DNA of 64,000 bases, taken from NCBI GenBank assembly GCA_026770705.1, contig JANJGN010000016.1:111848001-111912000 (forward strand), given 5' to 3'. Source of the stretch: Isurus oxyrinchus (lineage: Eukaryota). This document shows, piece by piece, positions 13,095-26,490 of the stretch (position 1 is its first letter; each line of letters opens with the position of its first letter). A program made the translations under genes and the position numbers. The notes under the pieces were generated by a model, which worked only from the letters and a program-made list of their open reading frames with translations, searched no databases and was not told the origin of the DNA.

Positions 13095-14245
13095 AAGAAA
13101 GGAGCACAAAATTACAAAGACATTAACAGGATAAGTGAATAGGCAAAATTGCGGCAGGTGAATTTCAATGTAAGCAGATGTGAGATCATCCACTTTGAGG
13201 ATAGAGTACTTTCTAATAATGGATAAATAGGTACAGGCATGAAGGCAAGGTACATAGTTTCCATGACATTTTAATAATCTGCAGGAAATAATCAAAAAGG
13301 CAGATGGAATGCTGTCCTTTCTATCTAGGCAGCTAGAATACTAAGGGGTAGAAGTCATGCTTCAGGTCTAAAAAGCCCTGGTTAGACGATACCTGAAGAG
13401 CAGTTCTGGACATCACACCTGTGGAAGGCTATATCGACATTCAAGGGAATGCAGCATTGCTTTATCAGAAGCGAGAGTGGCTCAGTTGGCAGCATTCCTC
13501 TTAGGTGGAAGGTCCCAGGGTTCACGACTTACTCCAGGACTTGTAACGCCATAGGAGCAGTGTTCATCTGGACTGAATTTTCACATGTTCTCTGACTATA
13601 TTTAAGGCTGGGATAGACACATTTTTGGACTCTCAGAAATCAAGAGATATGGGGAATGGATGGGAAAGTGGAGTTAAAAGCCCAAGATCAGCCATTATCA
13701 CATTGAATGGCAGAGCAGGCTTGATGGGGCATTAGGTCTACTCCTGCTCCTATCTCGTGTTCTTATGATACCTGACTGAAAGGATTAAATTATGAGGAGA
13801 GATTATATAAACTAGGGTTGCAAATTTAGAAGGCTAAGAGGTGATTTGATTGGAGCTTTAAAAACGTTAAGGAGAAATGATGGGGTCGATAGACAGTAAC
13901 TACTTCCAATGGTTATGGAGTCAAAGACATGATCTAAAAGTTAGATCCAGATCTTTCAGGAGTAAAATTACGAAGCACTTCTATACGCAAATGGTGATTT
14001 TTAAATCTGAGATTGATAAATTTGTTATCCAATGGTATATATAAAATATTAATTATATTTGTGCAAATGTGTTTAGATATGTAGTATATGCATTTATATT
14101 ATTATATAGTTCATATTATATATGCAATGATATAGAAATGGGACAAAGGCAGTTTTTTGGGGCTATGCTGCAGATCAGCTATGATCTCAGTTCATGACAG
14201 AACAGGCTCGAAGTGCTAAATGGCCATTGCTGCACTCCTATCATC
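13095..14245 (+). mobile_element. Nested CR1-type LINE fragments with a SINE head (~13475-13560)
   Basis: Two CR1 tails (~13770 and ~14240), ORF2 remnants, and a B-box-containing head gggttcacgact. Confidence 0.7.
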
Positions 14246-15094
14246 ACTGCTCAGAACACCATTAACCTCCAAGCTTAGTCACCATTCAGTCCGATGTAAC
14301 CATTTCACAGTTCAAATGCAGTAAACTCCAACACAAGGCTTCTCTGTACAAAACAATAAAACCAAGCAGCAAACCACTGATTGTAAACTGGAACCAGATT
14401 TAATTGCACCACTGCACAGCAGCAAACAGCACAGTTCTAGGATCTCACGTGAGGCCTCCCTGCTCGGTTTGCCTCATTTTAAGAGTAAGCCCTTATTTTC
14501 AGTAATTCCTTTTCGCCTACCAATACATTTAATTCAGCTGAGGCATACCACACAAAAAAAAAACACATTCAGAACCGTAAAAGCAGCACTGAAGTTTCAT
14601 AGCTCAGCCAGCTTCCAGGAGAGCCCAGACGCGACACATCTATGAAGCCACTCACTTGACTAGTTCTAATTATTTGATGTTTACAAGGCAGCTGCCGGGT
14701 GTGTATGGAGACCAAAAAATTGCAGGCCTCAATACCAAAGAGAAAGAAGATAGCACACACAAAAAAAACCCACATGTTATCTCAGATGTGCAATAATTTG
14801 CTGCATGCACTGGAGACACCAACCTAAGCAGCTACTTTCCTATGAGCTAACAGCAGTTTTAAACAGCTGTCAGCTTCATTTCACCAACAGGACCAATTCC
14901 CTCAATGCTGCAAAGCATCAACAAATAAAAGTCACACCAACACTACAGCCATTGAAAATAATTTAACCAACAGCCAACAAAACCCAAGAAATTTCCAAAT
15001 ATCTAATCATCACACATTCCACGGCACCAAACCTTCCCTCCATCACTGCACCCTCCAAAGACAAATGAAACATTTGGCAGCACTAACATTTGTC

Positions 15095-15510
15095 AGTCTT
15101 GATTTAGTGGTAACACTTTCACCTTTAAGTCAGAACATTATGGGTTCAAGTCCTACTCCAGAGAGCTGAGCACCTAATTTAGGCGGCATTCCAATGCACA
15201 ATGAGGGACCAATGCACTGTCATAGTGCCTTCTTTCAGATGAGGCACCTTCTCAGGTGGATGCAAGAGACCCTATGCCACTATTTCAAAGAAAAACAGGA
15301 GAATCTCCCCACTGCCCTGGCCAACATTTATCCCTCAACCAACATCACGAAAAAAAACATTATCTGGCCAAAATCTGCTATCCTTGCTGGCCAAATTGGT
15401 TGCCACAATTCTTATATTACAACAGTGACTACACATCAAAACTACTTAAATGGCTGAAAAGTGCTCTGGTGTATCCTGTTGTCATGAAAGATGCTATATA
15501 AATGCAATTC
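15095..15510 (+). mobile_element. Deu-domain tRNA-derived SINE
   Basis: B box gggttcaagtcc, body homologous to 8595-9005 and 34335-34755, tail gatgctatataaatgcaa. Confidence 0.72.
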
Positions 15511-16433
15511 TTAGAAAAAATTTCAACATAACAGTTTTTAAAAATTAGTTTTAACACACACATGTTGGACAATCCAATTATCTCATCACTTAAGGTCTCC
15601 CTTGGCATGCTAAACAACTTTCTATAAATCTGCCACATACAAATCAATAAATTTAAAAGGGAAATATAAATGTCAATGAGGGTTTGCAGAATTGCAATCA
15701 CTCCGATATCACTACCACATCCCAAAACAAAGTTCATGCCATTATTGGAAAGATAGTCAAAAGGAATATTTCCAAGTGCTTGGAACCAAACCAATGTCAG
15801 GTGGGCAAATAGTTTCAACAGTTCATTAGAATCAGTCTATCATGGTCTTAAGGAATTTATTTAAAAAGGAAACAGGCTGTTCTGATTTAGAACCAGGTCC
15901 TCCTTTATCGGGATGTCACAAAAAGAGTTTTTTTTTGGAATGGCTTGCGAACAGTTTAAAAAATCAACTAAGGAACCTGCTTTAAAACCATGAAATAATC
16001 AGAGAGATATAGAGTTTCAAGCAATACTTTACTACTTAGAATGAACTCCCTGAAATGATAAATCGCTCTTAATTGGGCAGCAACTGAACATGGCAAATTA
16101 AAGACACCCAACCAGCAACTGAATGCATTTCTCCAAGACTCAAGAATATAGCAAAAGCCACAATTTTAAATTCACTCCAAAATGTTACGGATAAGCCAGG
16201 AGTTGGTTCAGAGGCAGTTTGAGAACAACAGTGCACAAATTCATCATTAAGTACACCACCCAGCCACAATACAGACTGGCTGGCTGTAGAATGAAAAACC
16301 CAAACCCAGAGTGGAGGTTCTCTGTGCTCCTGCTTTCATTTGCCATTGTGGTCACGCAGCACTTCAACTAGGCTTTTTCAAATCAACTTTGGTGGATGCT
16401 CCTGTCAAAAAAGATACGTATCAATTTAGGATC

Positions 16434-19400
16434 CGTAGTTTTAGGGTGTTCAGGGCTAAAAGAGTTAATGTGTGGGACTGCAGAAATAGTATCATCAACA
16501 TGATGATGTACGAGAGTCACATGACTAGGAGAAAGCTCATGGGTAAGACTGAGTAATACCTGTAGTCTTGTATATCTGCAAATAGCTATATTTATACAAT
16601 AAACCAGTTATCGTTCAGGCATATCAATGTCTCCACAACCATTTCTTAGCCAGTCACAACCATGATACAACAGGGTGGCAGCAGCGAAGGACCCCGAAAT
16701 CTCCAAAAATCAATTTTCAAAAAGTTTGCAAGTCTGGCCTGAAAAAAAGTGCCAAAACTGAAGGCTTTGGTAAGACAGTTGAAAATCTCCAAAAGAGCTC
16801 CAGAGAGGGGGTGGAGGCTGAGAGGCAGAGAAGAAATCAACTGTTCAACTTACTAAGGACTACACCACAGCACGTGGTAGTCCATGAAATATCCCGATCC
16901 CAGCAGCACAGTCAAAGAACCTGGCGATGATCGAGGAAGGGTGAACAAATCTTGAAGAGGGCTTAAAAAAGCTTCATGTTAACAGTGCAGTAAGCATGCA
17001 GCACTGGGAGAATTCCATTTTAATGAGCGCAGTTTTGATACCCCCATCAGCCTGCGTCCGAGGTGGGTGCTATTACCTGTGGCGACCTAGTAGCTGCAAT
17101 TGACAAAAAAAAGGACTGCTCAAAACGATTCCCAACAGGAGGAAAGCAGTGAACTGGGCTTAATAATTACTCCCAGCAATTAATTTCAAAATTCAGCAAA
17201 GTTTAGGAACGACTACCAAAGGGGGTCAATGACTGCAGCGGACATCAATGGCAGCCTGATCAACACGGAAGAACTCCATTACTGCAAAAGAAGTTTTAAA
17301 AAAACCCAGGCCAATCCTCTAAGAGCTTAAAACATATATGGAATCCAAACTCATCTTGCCAGACCGATTTGGACCCATTTGGAAGGGCCAGATCAGACAT
17401 GGAATCAGGCACATGGAGGAAGAGATTTTTTAAGATTCAAAATAGTATCTGGATTAAACAATAAGTCAAAGGCTGAACAAGCCAATGCATTATTGTACTC
17501 TACTGGTGCAATTGCTGACGTGATGGCAAGGCAAGGTATTAATGAAACATCAGAAATTCGAAGAGGTTTTAAAAGTTTTTAATAATTATTTGAATTTACG
17601 GAGTAACAAAATATTAGAAAGAGCCAAGTCTGACAAAAGGGTCCAGAAACCTGGTTATATCTTTATCAATGATCTGTATTGACTGGCTGAAAATTGTGAA
17701 TATGGTGATCTTAAATCTATGACAAAGACCACATTGAATCCACAAGATGCCCTTTCTAAACTACTACAATCCAAAGACAGAGCTTTGGAGAGGGTGATAC
17801 AGTTAGTCAATCAGAGGTTCGTCAGCAAAATAGAGCCATTCTGAGAGGGCAAGGTAAACCATGGTCCAGAAAACTCCCAATGACAGTACAGCTTATTAAA
17901 CAAAGGAATGCCAAAGACACTATGAGACAAAAAAAGACCTTATGGAACAAAAGCTCAAGAGGCCAAAAAGCCCCACTGGCACAAACAGTGCCCTTCAAGC
18001 ACTGCAGAATGCTTTCATTGTAAAAGGTTTAGACACTTTGGAAAGATGTGCAGAACTAAAACCTCGTGAAACACATAGGATCATGAGAGAATCTTTGTAA
18101 GCAAGGACATTAATGAAATAGAACAATCTCACCAAAAAGAGGAACAACATTTCCTAGACGAAATCAAAGATCCAAGATACACTATCGAATGCGGACATTT
18201 CTGTCAATGGACAAATCACTAATTTCAAATTGGATGCAGGAGTAGGTGTAACAGTCCTGTCTGATTAAAAAAAAGTGGCTAGCAAACCTATGGCTGGGGA
18301 CAATTGGAAACCCATTACATAGTCCAGGAGGTCTTAAACTACTAGTCATAGGCATGTAACAAGCACCACTCCAATACAGGAACAGATACTGGAAACAATA
18401 AATGTGATTCGCAATTTTTCTTCTGGACCCCAAACCTCAACCTCATCAAAACAGCAGAAGACATCAATGAACTGACAGTCATCGATTATGCTAAATTGGA
18501 GGTCCTCAAACCATCCAAATACTCCAATGGCCTTGATTGGGACTTCAGTGCTGATTTTTCAACAATCTTTACTGAGGCCGATAATTCACCCTTTTTTCAA
18601 GATGACATCCAGGGCACAGAGTGAACTTGTTCTTACTGAAGTAGTAACACACCAATTGGGCCAAAGAATACCTGCGTGTGACCATCATCCTTCATCACTG
18701 TGCGTCAGCTGAGAAGGTGGAAGACAAAACTCAGGTGACAGAATACACTGGTACATTACCAAATTCATCTGACAGTGGTGACCCTTTAATAAGCACATCC
18801 ATACCTATCCATCCACCAAAAGTCGTCGTCCAGGATGAAGGCAGCCAAGCAGGTCCAAAACCAGAGACACAACCGAACCAGGCAATGTCCATCTCTTCCA
18901 TGTTGGAGGACACTGACCTTCCTGCTATACTGGGGTTACTGGAATTTGTGGGACAGCAAGATGTTGATCAAATGCCTTCTTCACAGCTTCCTGCCTTGCC
19001 CATGCAATTGTCTCCGGAGACAGCAGTTCAGGATTCCCCAAAACTTCACAAACCAGAGGCTACAAGGAGTCACTGCTCCAGAAGTAAAGAATGGCAGATG
19101 AAACCGTCAAAGGAACCAGGGTCAACTCAACAAACAAGGATAAGGAACACACTAAACATAAAGGGATAAACCCATAAAATCCGACCGTGAGAGAAAAACA
19201 ATTAGTTGAGAGAGCACAAAGAGGAAGAAGAGGATCAAGTTTAAACCCAGAAAAGAGAACCTTTCATTGTACATTTGGGAGAACCAAGTGCTGAGAGTCC
19301 AACTGACAATCGTAAGAGTAGCAGTACATGATGCAAAGACCAACCAAGTCAAACCAAAGAAGGCCAAAGGAAGACTACTAATCTTCCAAGTCTCACAGGC

Positions 19401-19706
19401 ACACCATCAGGGAGAGTCTTAACCTCCAGACCGATTAAACCTATGAAGTCAGAGACTTGGGGAGAAGGGGCAAGATGTAAATATAAACTTGGTGGGGAGA
19501 TGTTGGGCTGAAAGGATTAATGTGTAGAACTGGAGAAACAGTACCACCCACATGATGATGTAGGAGTCACATGACTAGGAGTCTAGAAGGAGAAAGCTCA
19601 TGGCCTAGACATGTATATCTGTAAATAGTTATGTTCATACAATAAACCAGTTATTGTTCAGATATATCTATGTCTCCACAACCATTCCTTAGCCTACACC
19701 ACTACA
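16434..19706 (+). mobile_element. Degenerate non-autonomous Gypsy-type LTR retrotransposon (gag + protease remnants)
   Basis: Two diverged LTRs (~16434/16447-16672 and 19501-19706). PBS-like ggtggcagc at 16674, PPT ggtggggaga at 19491-19500. Gag-like RFKIVSGL...QANALLYSTG near 17430, CCHC knuckle CFHCKRFRHFGKMC at 18010-18051, protease-like FKLDAGVGVTV at 18224-18256. Possible TSD ggatc (16429-16433 / 19707-19711). Confidence 0.88.
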
Positions 19707-19933
19707 GGATCAATTTTAGTTAGCAGATGAGAACCTGTGCTCATCAGGAAAAACAAGCAAAAAAAAATCCCAAGCAGAAAAATAGGAACCCATTCCAGCA
19801 GGCAACAACATCATGTTTCGAGAAAATCAGCTTTGAACCTAAAGGAAAGAGCTGAGCCAAAAACAAAATGCATGTTTATTGCCTCTGCAAAATGGTGAAA
19901 TACAGAAACCCTATCACTCTTCTAGTCACCTGC

Positions 19934-19956
19934 CACACACACACACACACACACAC
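19934..19956. repeat. (CA)n microsatellite
   Basis: Perfect CA run. Confidence 0.9.
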
Positions 19957-22900
19957 GCAATTAACTGCATCACAAAATGGAAAGCCAAAGTTATGCAAGC
20001 AAATTAACTTTACAGGTGTTTGCTCACAAGTTTATTCTAAAGGATGTAATATAGGGACTGGTTAATCTGCTCACTCACATCTGTCCTTACTTTTACAGAA
20101 GGGGAAATATTAACAATGTTACAATCTGTCATGACACTTTTCACAAAGTTAAAAAAAATGATGCATTCTCCCTCCTCTTATCGGTCTCCTAATTCTATCC
20201 CTCTTACTTTCTTTACTTAAAATAGAAAAGATTCTGTTGTAGTAGAGGGTCACTAATTCTAGGTTGCAAAAAAACACATTTTAAAATTTATTCCATAGCT
20301 TCCAACATCACTTCTGAAATATGAACGTATTAAATAGTTAAACATTTTTAATTAGCATTTCTTTAAGAACCAGGATTTCTCCCTCCTTAATAAACAGACA
20401 TTGGCCATTAGTTGGGGGGCAGGTAGGAATAGAAAGCAGGGTTAAACAAGATTTCTGCTGTCTACTTCCCAGAAGTCAGTTAGAGAGCGAGAGTTCAATT
20501 TGACCATCGTGGAGGTGTGGGGTGATGACAACTGAACCTGATCCTGTCCTAAAAACAGCATCCAGAAATCCTTCTGACCATAAGAAGGAAGCTAAGTTGA
20601 TTCTTCCCTCTGAACTCCCTTCCCTGCACCTTGTAACAAAACCTTTTCAACAATGCTCTTTTCAAATGCATCTTGAGACGCGACCTCACACCCTTTTTTC
20701 CAGTTCCTGTTTGATGTCTGAAACATCTCTTCTCTGCCACCACTCCCCCATGAGACACTCTGGGACATCTCAATATTTTAATGTGCTATATAAGATGCTC
20801 TGACCTTTAACTTACTACCATACCACATAGTCGATTGCATGTATATGTGCGAGTGAGATATAATTTTTCACATGCACAAGATGCAAAAGCTTCATGCTTG
20901 GCTTATATTCTTAAAGACCATAAAAAATTGGAATTGGACTTTCAATTCGAGCACACAGGTATACATGATCCAATCGGAATTGGGGCAGATTAGATCTGCT
21001 TCAGTCCAACTCCATAGGGATTGGCAATCTGCCTGCCTGCCAACCTAACCAATGCTTGATAAACCACATTTCACCTCTCAGCGCTTACCAGGTTCACCTG
21101 TGCTATGCACTAGTCAGCCCCACATATAATTCCACATCTGTAACGCACACCACAATCTGTGGCAGTTGAATTTATCTTCATCATGAGGAATTTGAGTGCC
21201 TGCTTTCAGAAAGCAATATTAGCACGTGGTACGCAAGCAAACCATGGCAGGCAGATTTGTGAATTGGATGAAACTATATGCTGCCTAACAGTGGGTTTAA
21301 ACTGTGGTCAACTCATTTTACAAGAATGGATGAGTGTGCGTATACTCCATGAGCAATGGATTGGAAAATTCATCTCTTTCCCATCCCTGCCTGCAAAATG
21401 CCCACCAACTTACACATTATATGTCTGCCAGATGACAACCATTTTGTTATTTAACCCTGTCCCTGGTTCCTCAATAAAATTATTTATCCACGACTTCAAA
21501 TCTCATATTCAACAAATCTCACAACATAGCAAACACATCGAAATCTTAAGATCACAGGAGCAATGAAACTTGATATTAAATGGGTCTTTATGGATGTTAA
21601 CAAGATTAAAATGGTTAAATTTTACCACCAGCATAGTATGAAATAGAATGAGAAGTGCATCACCACCAGGCATACTTTGGTGCAGACAGATGTCTGAGAA
21701 ATTCGGAGCACTAGCACTGCATTGTAATGCAACTTTGTCAGGAAGGGTGGGAAGGGCAGATAGGTTAAGAAGACAGGATGTAATGTGCATCAAGGAAAAA
21801 TATATTTGCCATATTTTTCAACGCAAATTTTTACAAAAAACTGGGAGATGTTTTCAATGGGATCACAATCGATTGATTGCCTTTCTCTTATAAAAATAAA
21901 TGCATTTATATAAATAAATTCTCGTTTTAAAAGCTACAAATTTATGTAAATTTTGTCAAACAACAGGAAAATTGCTCTCATCCCTCAAAATTGTTTCTCA
22001 TACAAAAAAAAGCAAAGTCTTGATCCTCAAGTGATAAAACATTTTTTTCTGAAAATACAAGGTGGCATTCTTTCAACTTTATTGACAACATTTGAAGCTG
22101 CAAAGTTGGTGCTGAAATAAAACACATCGTGAAACGCTGTCAACTCCAATTCCCTTGGCAACCCCTATGGCCCTGCTCATGCCCTTTAGCAAAAGCAGAA
22201 CCAGATGACAGATCAGCTACCAAGTAGCTACATGTGTCAGCAGGATGGAATGAACAGCCCGCAGAACAGTCCAGTGGCAATGGACCCGCTACATCAGGAA
22301 AATGGCCTAGAATCCACATTCCACACTTCTGTGGAACTATCTTCACTTGCCAGTTACCCCAGCGCAGCAATCACTTATACAAATAACAATTCCCTCTTCC
22401 CTTTACGTCCTGTTCCTCTCTGCCCATCCACCCACACATGCCTCCCCATCCCCACAAACCTACCCACACTGAGCAAACTGCACTTCATACACCAGACCTC
22501 TGCGCCGACAACTCGGTGGATGAGATGTGTGCACATAAATACACCAAAATATATCCTTACTTCCAAGGTCAACTAAACAAGAAACATGCAGCTGGGGTTC
22601 AAACTTACCTTTAGAAAGTTAAAAGTTGGTTAAAACTTTAATAAGATTTTCTGAAGCATCTGGATACTCCTGGAGCTCACTTGCTTTGTTCAAATTATGA
22701 ATAAACAAGGACTGCACAAGATTTTTCAGTGCCCTGCGCAATGTGTATTGGTATTTTCCTGGTTTGTGTACCTCGAATTCTATCCTTGGTCTTTGCTGAT
22801 CTCACCAATCTTGGCCATGGTGATGGCATGGGGTACAATTGTCATCAATGTTTCTAAGTTAGGGAACAATTATATCTCTTCTCGACTGATATCCAACAAT

Positions 22901-23269
22901 CTTGTTGGCAAGTGCACAAACAGGAACACTAAAGGAGGGAAGGATCAGGCTCACTTGTTACGGCTCCCATTGTTGAATCATCTGCCAATGATCACCGTCA
23001 AAGTTCACACTTCAGAAACAATCTAGTGGCTTCCCTAAGCAATAGGTCAGCTGCTTAATGCAATCAATAGTTAAATCATCAAACTAGAAAGAGCCCAAGC
23101 TTTACTTCTAATCTATTCCAAATTAATCATTCTTACCAGGGGTGGCAGTAGGGGTACTATAATTGCTCTCAGTACTCACTCCTGGCTGTTATGCAGCAAC
23201 TTAAAGAAGTGCACAAGCAAATCTACACTTATGACTGGATTGGATTTGTCTTTGATATTTCCTTGTACA

Positions 23270-23750
23270 TAGGAGGAGTAGGCCATTCAGCCCATCAATG
23301 AGATCATGGCTGATTTTCTACTTCATCATTTTCACGCACTAACCCCACATCCCTTGATATTTTTTAATATGTAGAAATCTATTGATCTCAGTCTTGAACA
23401 TACTCAATGACTGAGCCGCTACAGCCCTCTGGGGCAGAAAATTCCAGAGACTCATCATCCAACGAGGGAAGCAATTCCTCCTCATCTCATTCTAAATGGC
23501 CTGCCCAGTATTCTGAGACTTGTACCCTGGTTCTGCGCATCCCCCCAAACCCCAGTCAGGGGAAATATCCTCCCTGTATCTATCCTGTCGAGCTCTGTAA
23601 GAAATTTATGTTTGAATAAGATCACCTCTCATTCTTCTAAACTCCAGAGAAAAAGGACCCAGTCTATTTAATCTTTCCTCATAGGACAATCCCTCCATCC
23701 AGGAATCAGTCTGGTGAAGATTCGTTGCACTACCTCTATGGCAAGTAGTC
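23270..23750 (-). mobile_element. CR1-type LINE 3' fragment
   Basis: Reverse complement of the 3440-3930 type sequence (aggagtaggccattc; atcacctctcattcttctaaactc). Confidence 0.82.
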
Positions 23751-26124
23751 CAATAGCCTGCAAGCACCCATCCATCTAAACTCACAAGGAAAAGGTCTTT
23801 TGGGTGAAACAGCAGAAAGTTCCTGCCATCGGAACTTTCCCCTTCAAACTGTCAAAGCCTTTGTGGAGTAGGACAAGAGGAAAATTGGCATAAAAGACGG
23901 GCAAAAATATCCACTTGGGCAAGGTACCAGAGCACAAGTACCCCATCCCATCATGGGCTCACGTCTGCGGGGCAGACTATTTTGGCAAGGAAAAGGTGCA
24001 AAATTTTTAAAATGACAGTGCAAATGTATCACAGAGGAATCCAGCTACACTAGAAAGGCCGCAGGATCAGGTGCCAACTGCACTGACCTGGCATACTAAC
24101 AGGCACTGCGCAGTACACTTTGTGCAAAGTGTATAGTTGTCTCACTAGCAATACATTCATGGCCTTGTAGATGTTACATTCTTGTTGCAAAAGTGCTAAG
24201 TAAGGTATTTGTCCAATGGGGGCAGCAGAGCCAAGCCAGTTCTATGGTCCAGAACCATGGCCAACTTTTCCCTCCCTAGCTCAGGGGCATGCAGGGCAGA
24301 TTTACGGATTACTGCATGTTTAAGACTAGTATTACAATTAACTTGTGAACAACTTGTGAAAGATGCACATTGTTGAAACAATGCAGTTTTTGTATGAACC
24401 CCACCTGTAACTTAAGCCCGTCATGATCCACGCCCCCCAAAGTGAGGCACACTCCCATCATCTAGTTTGTGAGGTAGTCTGTGTATACACAAACACTTCA
24501 ATTCTGTAGACAGCAAACTACCTATATTAACTTAAAGCATAATTAACTTCAACAAAGCAATCTTCCCACAATTATAACCGGTTTGGAAAATTTATTCTCC
24601 AGCTTTAGAATGAAGCAAGTTTTACATAATGGGTAATGTCTTGCACACAATAATTCAGATTGCAACTTTTCCAATAGCTCATTGGGTCAATCCAACAGAT
24701 ACACTGAAATGTACAGGTCATGAAAGCCTCAAATTTAATCCCCAGTGTGTGATGAGTTAGCAAGGACAGCAGAGCGAGCAATTAGTGCCTTCAACAAAGT
24801 GTGGCCTGAGGGTGGTGGGGAAGGGAAGGGATTTGGGCTCCTAGTAGCTATCCAGACACACTACCCACTCAGAAGTGAGCATTCATACCGGTTTAGATGT
24901 GACATCCAACACAGCCACCACCGGTTCATTTAGCATGGTTCTGGAAAGCTGCCAGAACCTTTGGACACCTTCATGAGAGGAAGAAATAACTAGACAAAAC
25001 AAAAATGCAAAAGGTGCCCATAATTCACTACAAAAAGGGTAGGCAATCTTCGATTACATATTAACTTGTAAAAGTGCACAAAGGCCTTGGATGTACCCAA
25101 AGTGGCAACATATACAGCTCACATACCATTTCAAAACAAATATCTATTCATGAATGAAAGCAAAAGACCAGATGCAGAACCAAATCAAATATAAATGCCA
25201 ACAATATCTACAAAAACAACTTGGAGTATTCATATTGAGTCTTTAATGTATTAAAACATACCAAGACTCTTCACAGTCTTCAATGAGGCCACATACAAAA
25301 GGTCGAGTGGTTCCTGGCTGCAAAATCAATACATAAACTTCTAGAGACCTCACAAGTACACTGACACACATCCATCTGTCAACTGAGCAGCATAAATGGA
25401 TCAAGCAACATGCTCAACTCTGTCAGGCAGCCTGCTCAACAAAATTCTAGGCAGGCAAATTAACAGGTTTCCCCACCCCAGACTCCCTCCATCCACCATT
25501 TCCCTCTGCCGATGCCTCTTGCTCTATGCAGCTTCTCTACTGGGGAGGAATTTTAACAACTGAAGATACACAATTGAAAAACATAAGTTCTGTAGAAATC
25601 AGTGTGTATTCTGTACACTTTATTCTGAGGTTTAATCTTCAGTGAAGATTATTTTCTCTCAGCATCACAAATGGTGACCAGAAGCAGTGAACATTTTCTC
25701 ACGTTTTGGTCAATCCCCTTGAGTGAGACTGCCAGTTTATGACCAATTTGGGACAGTTTCATGCTGTGCCTGTACACACTAAGAACCACATTGCATCTTA
25801 TAACCACTGCTTACAACCAATACCGATTTTCATTCCAGGATGTGGTCTGAGTTTGAACCCAGATTTGAAAGGTTAGTATTTCACCCACTTCACCACTCAG
25901 TCCTTCATAAAAGCTTCATTTAAGGGCTCTACAAGAATCAACATTCCTGTGTGCAAGTGCTTTCCCAAAACATTCAGAACAGTGAAATCATGAGCCGTAC
26001 CAAGAAAGCAATTTTATCAACTTATTGTTTTATCTTTATAAAACAACTCTTGTCTGTAGCCTTTGATCTCAAGTTAAATGATATGGACCCAAGGAACTAT
26101 TCCTGAAATATTTTTTTTTTATCT

Positions 26125-26490
26125 ACACAGCCAAAGATCCCGAGTGCAGAAATGCCCAATTTTCTATACCTGCACACAGCTGAGTTAACCTGGTTTCAGT
26201 TAGGGTAACAAAGAGCAACTACTGCCTCCATATCGCCCGGGGGAAGGTGGTGGAGCTGTGCAACTAAAACGGCCTAAATTCACACTCCTGACTGCTGTGC
26301 AGTGACCTCTCGTTAGAAAGTACACATGGGAACATCGAGTAAGGAAAGGATTTGATTAGGCTGCTGCACTCCCCAGTTAAATTGCCCTCTGACACTCAGC
26401 ATCCAGAGTTACAGGTGAAGGAAAGCAAATTTGAGCAAGGTACCAGTGCCAAGAAACCACGTACTTCAACACCTTCGGAAAAAAGAAAAA
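26125..26490 (+). mobile_element. Old tRNA-derived SINE family, representative copy
   Basis: Shares gctgagttagctga...ggcctcagc...cagccagggt...tccagtgacccc...aatagcctgc...ccacttggg blocks with copies at about 23030-23260, 24700-24980, 33930-34230, 36600-36900, 37525-37870, 38190-38440, 55600-55800, 57950-58135 (+) and 35530-35870, 39500-39760, 43430-43620, 57330-57540, 62230-62460 (-). I do not recognise the family name. Confidence 0.65.

Noticed and set aside
26355-26375. Possible start of SSBP3 exon 5 (AGTGCAGCAGCC on the minus strand)
   Set aside because: It is followed at once by TAA, has no acceptor and lies within a SINE copy.
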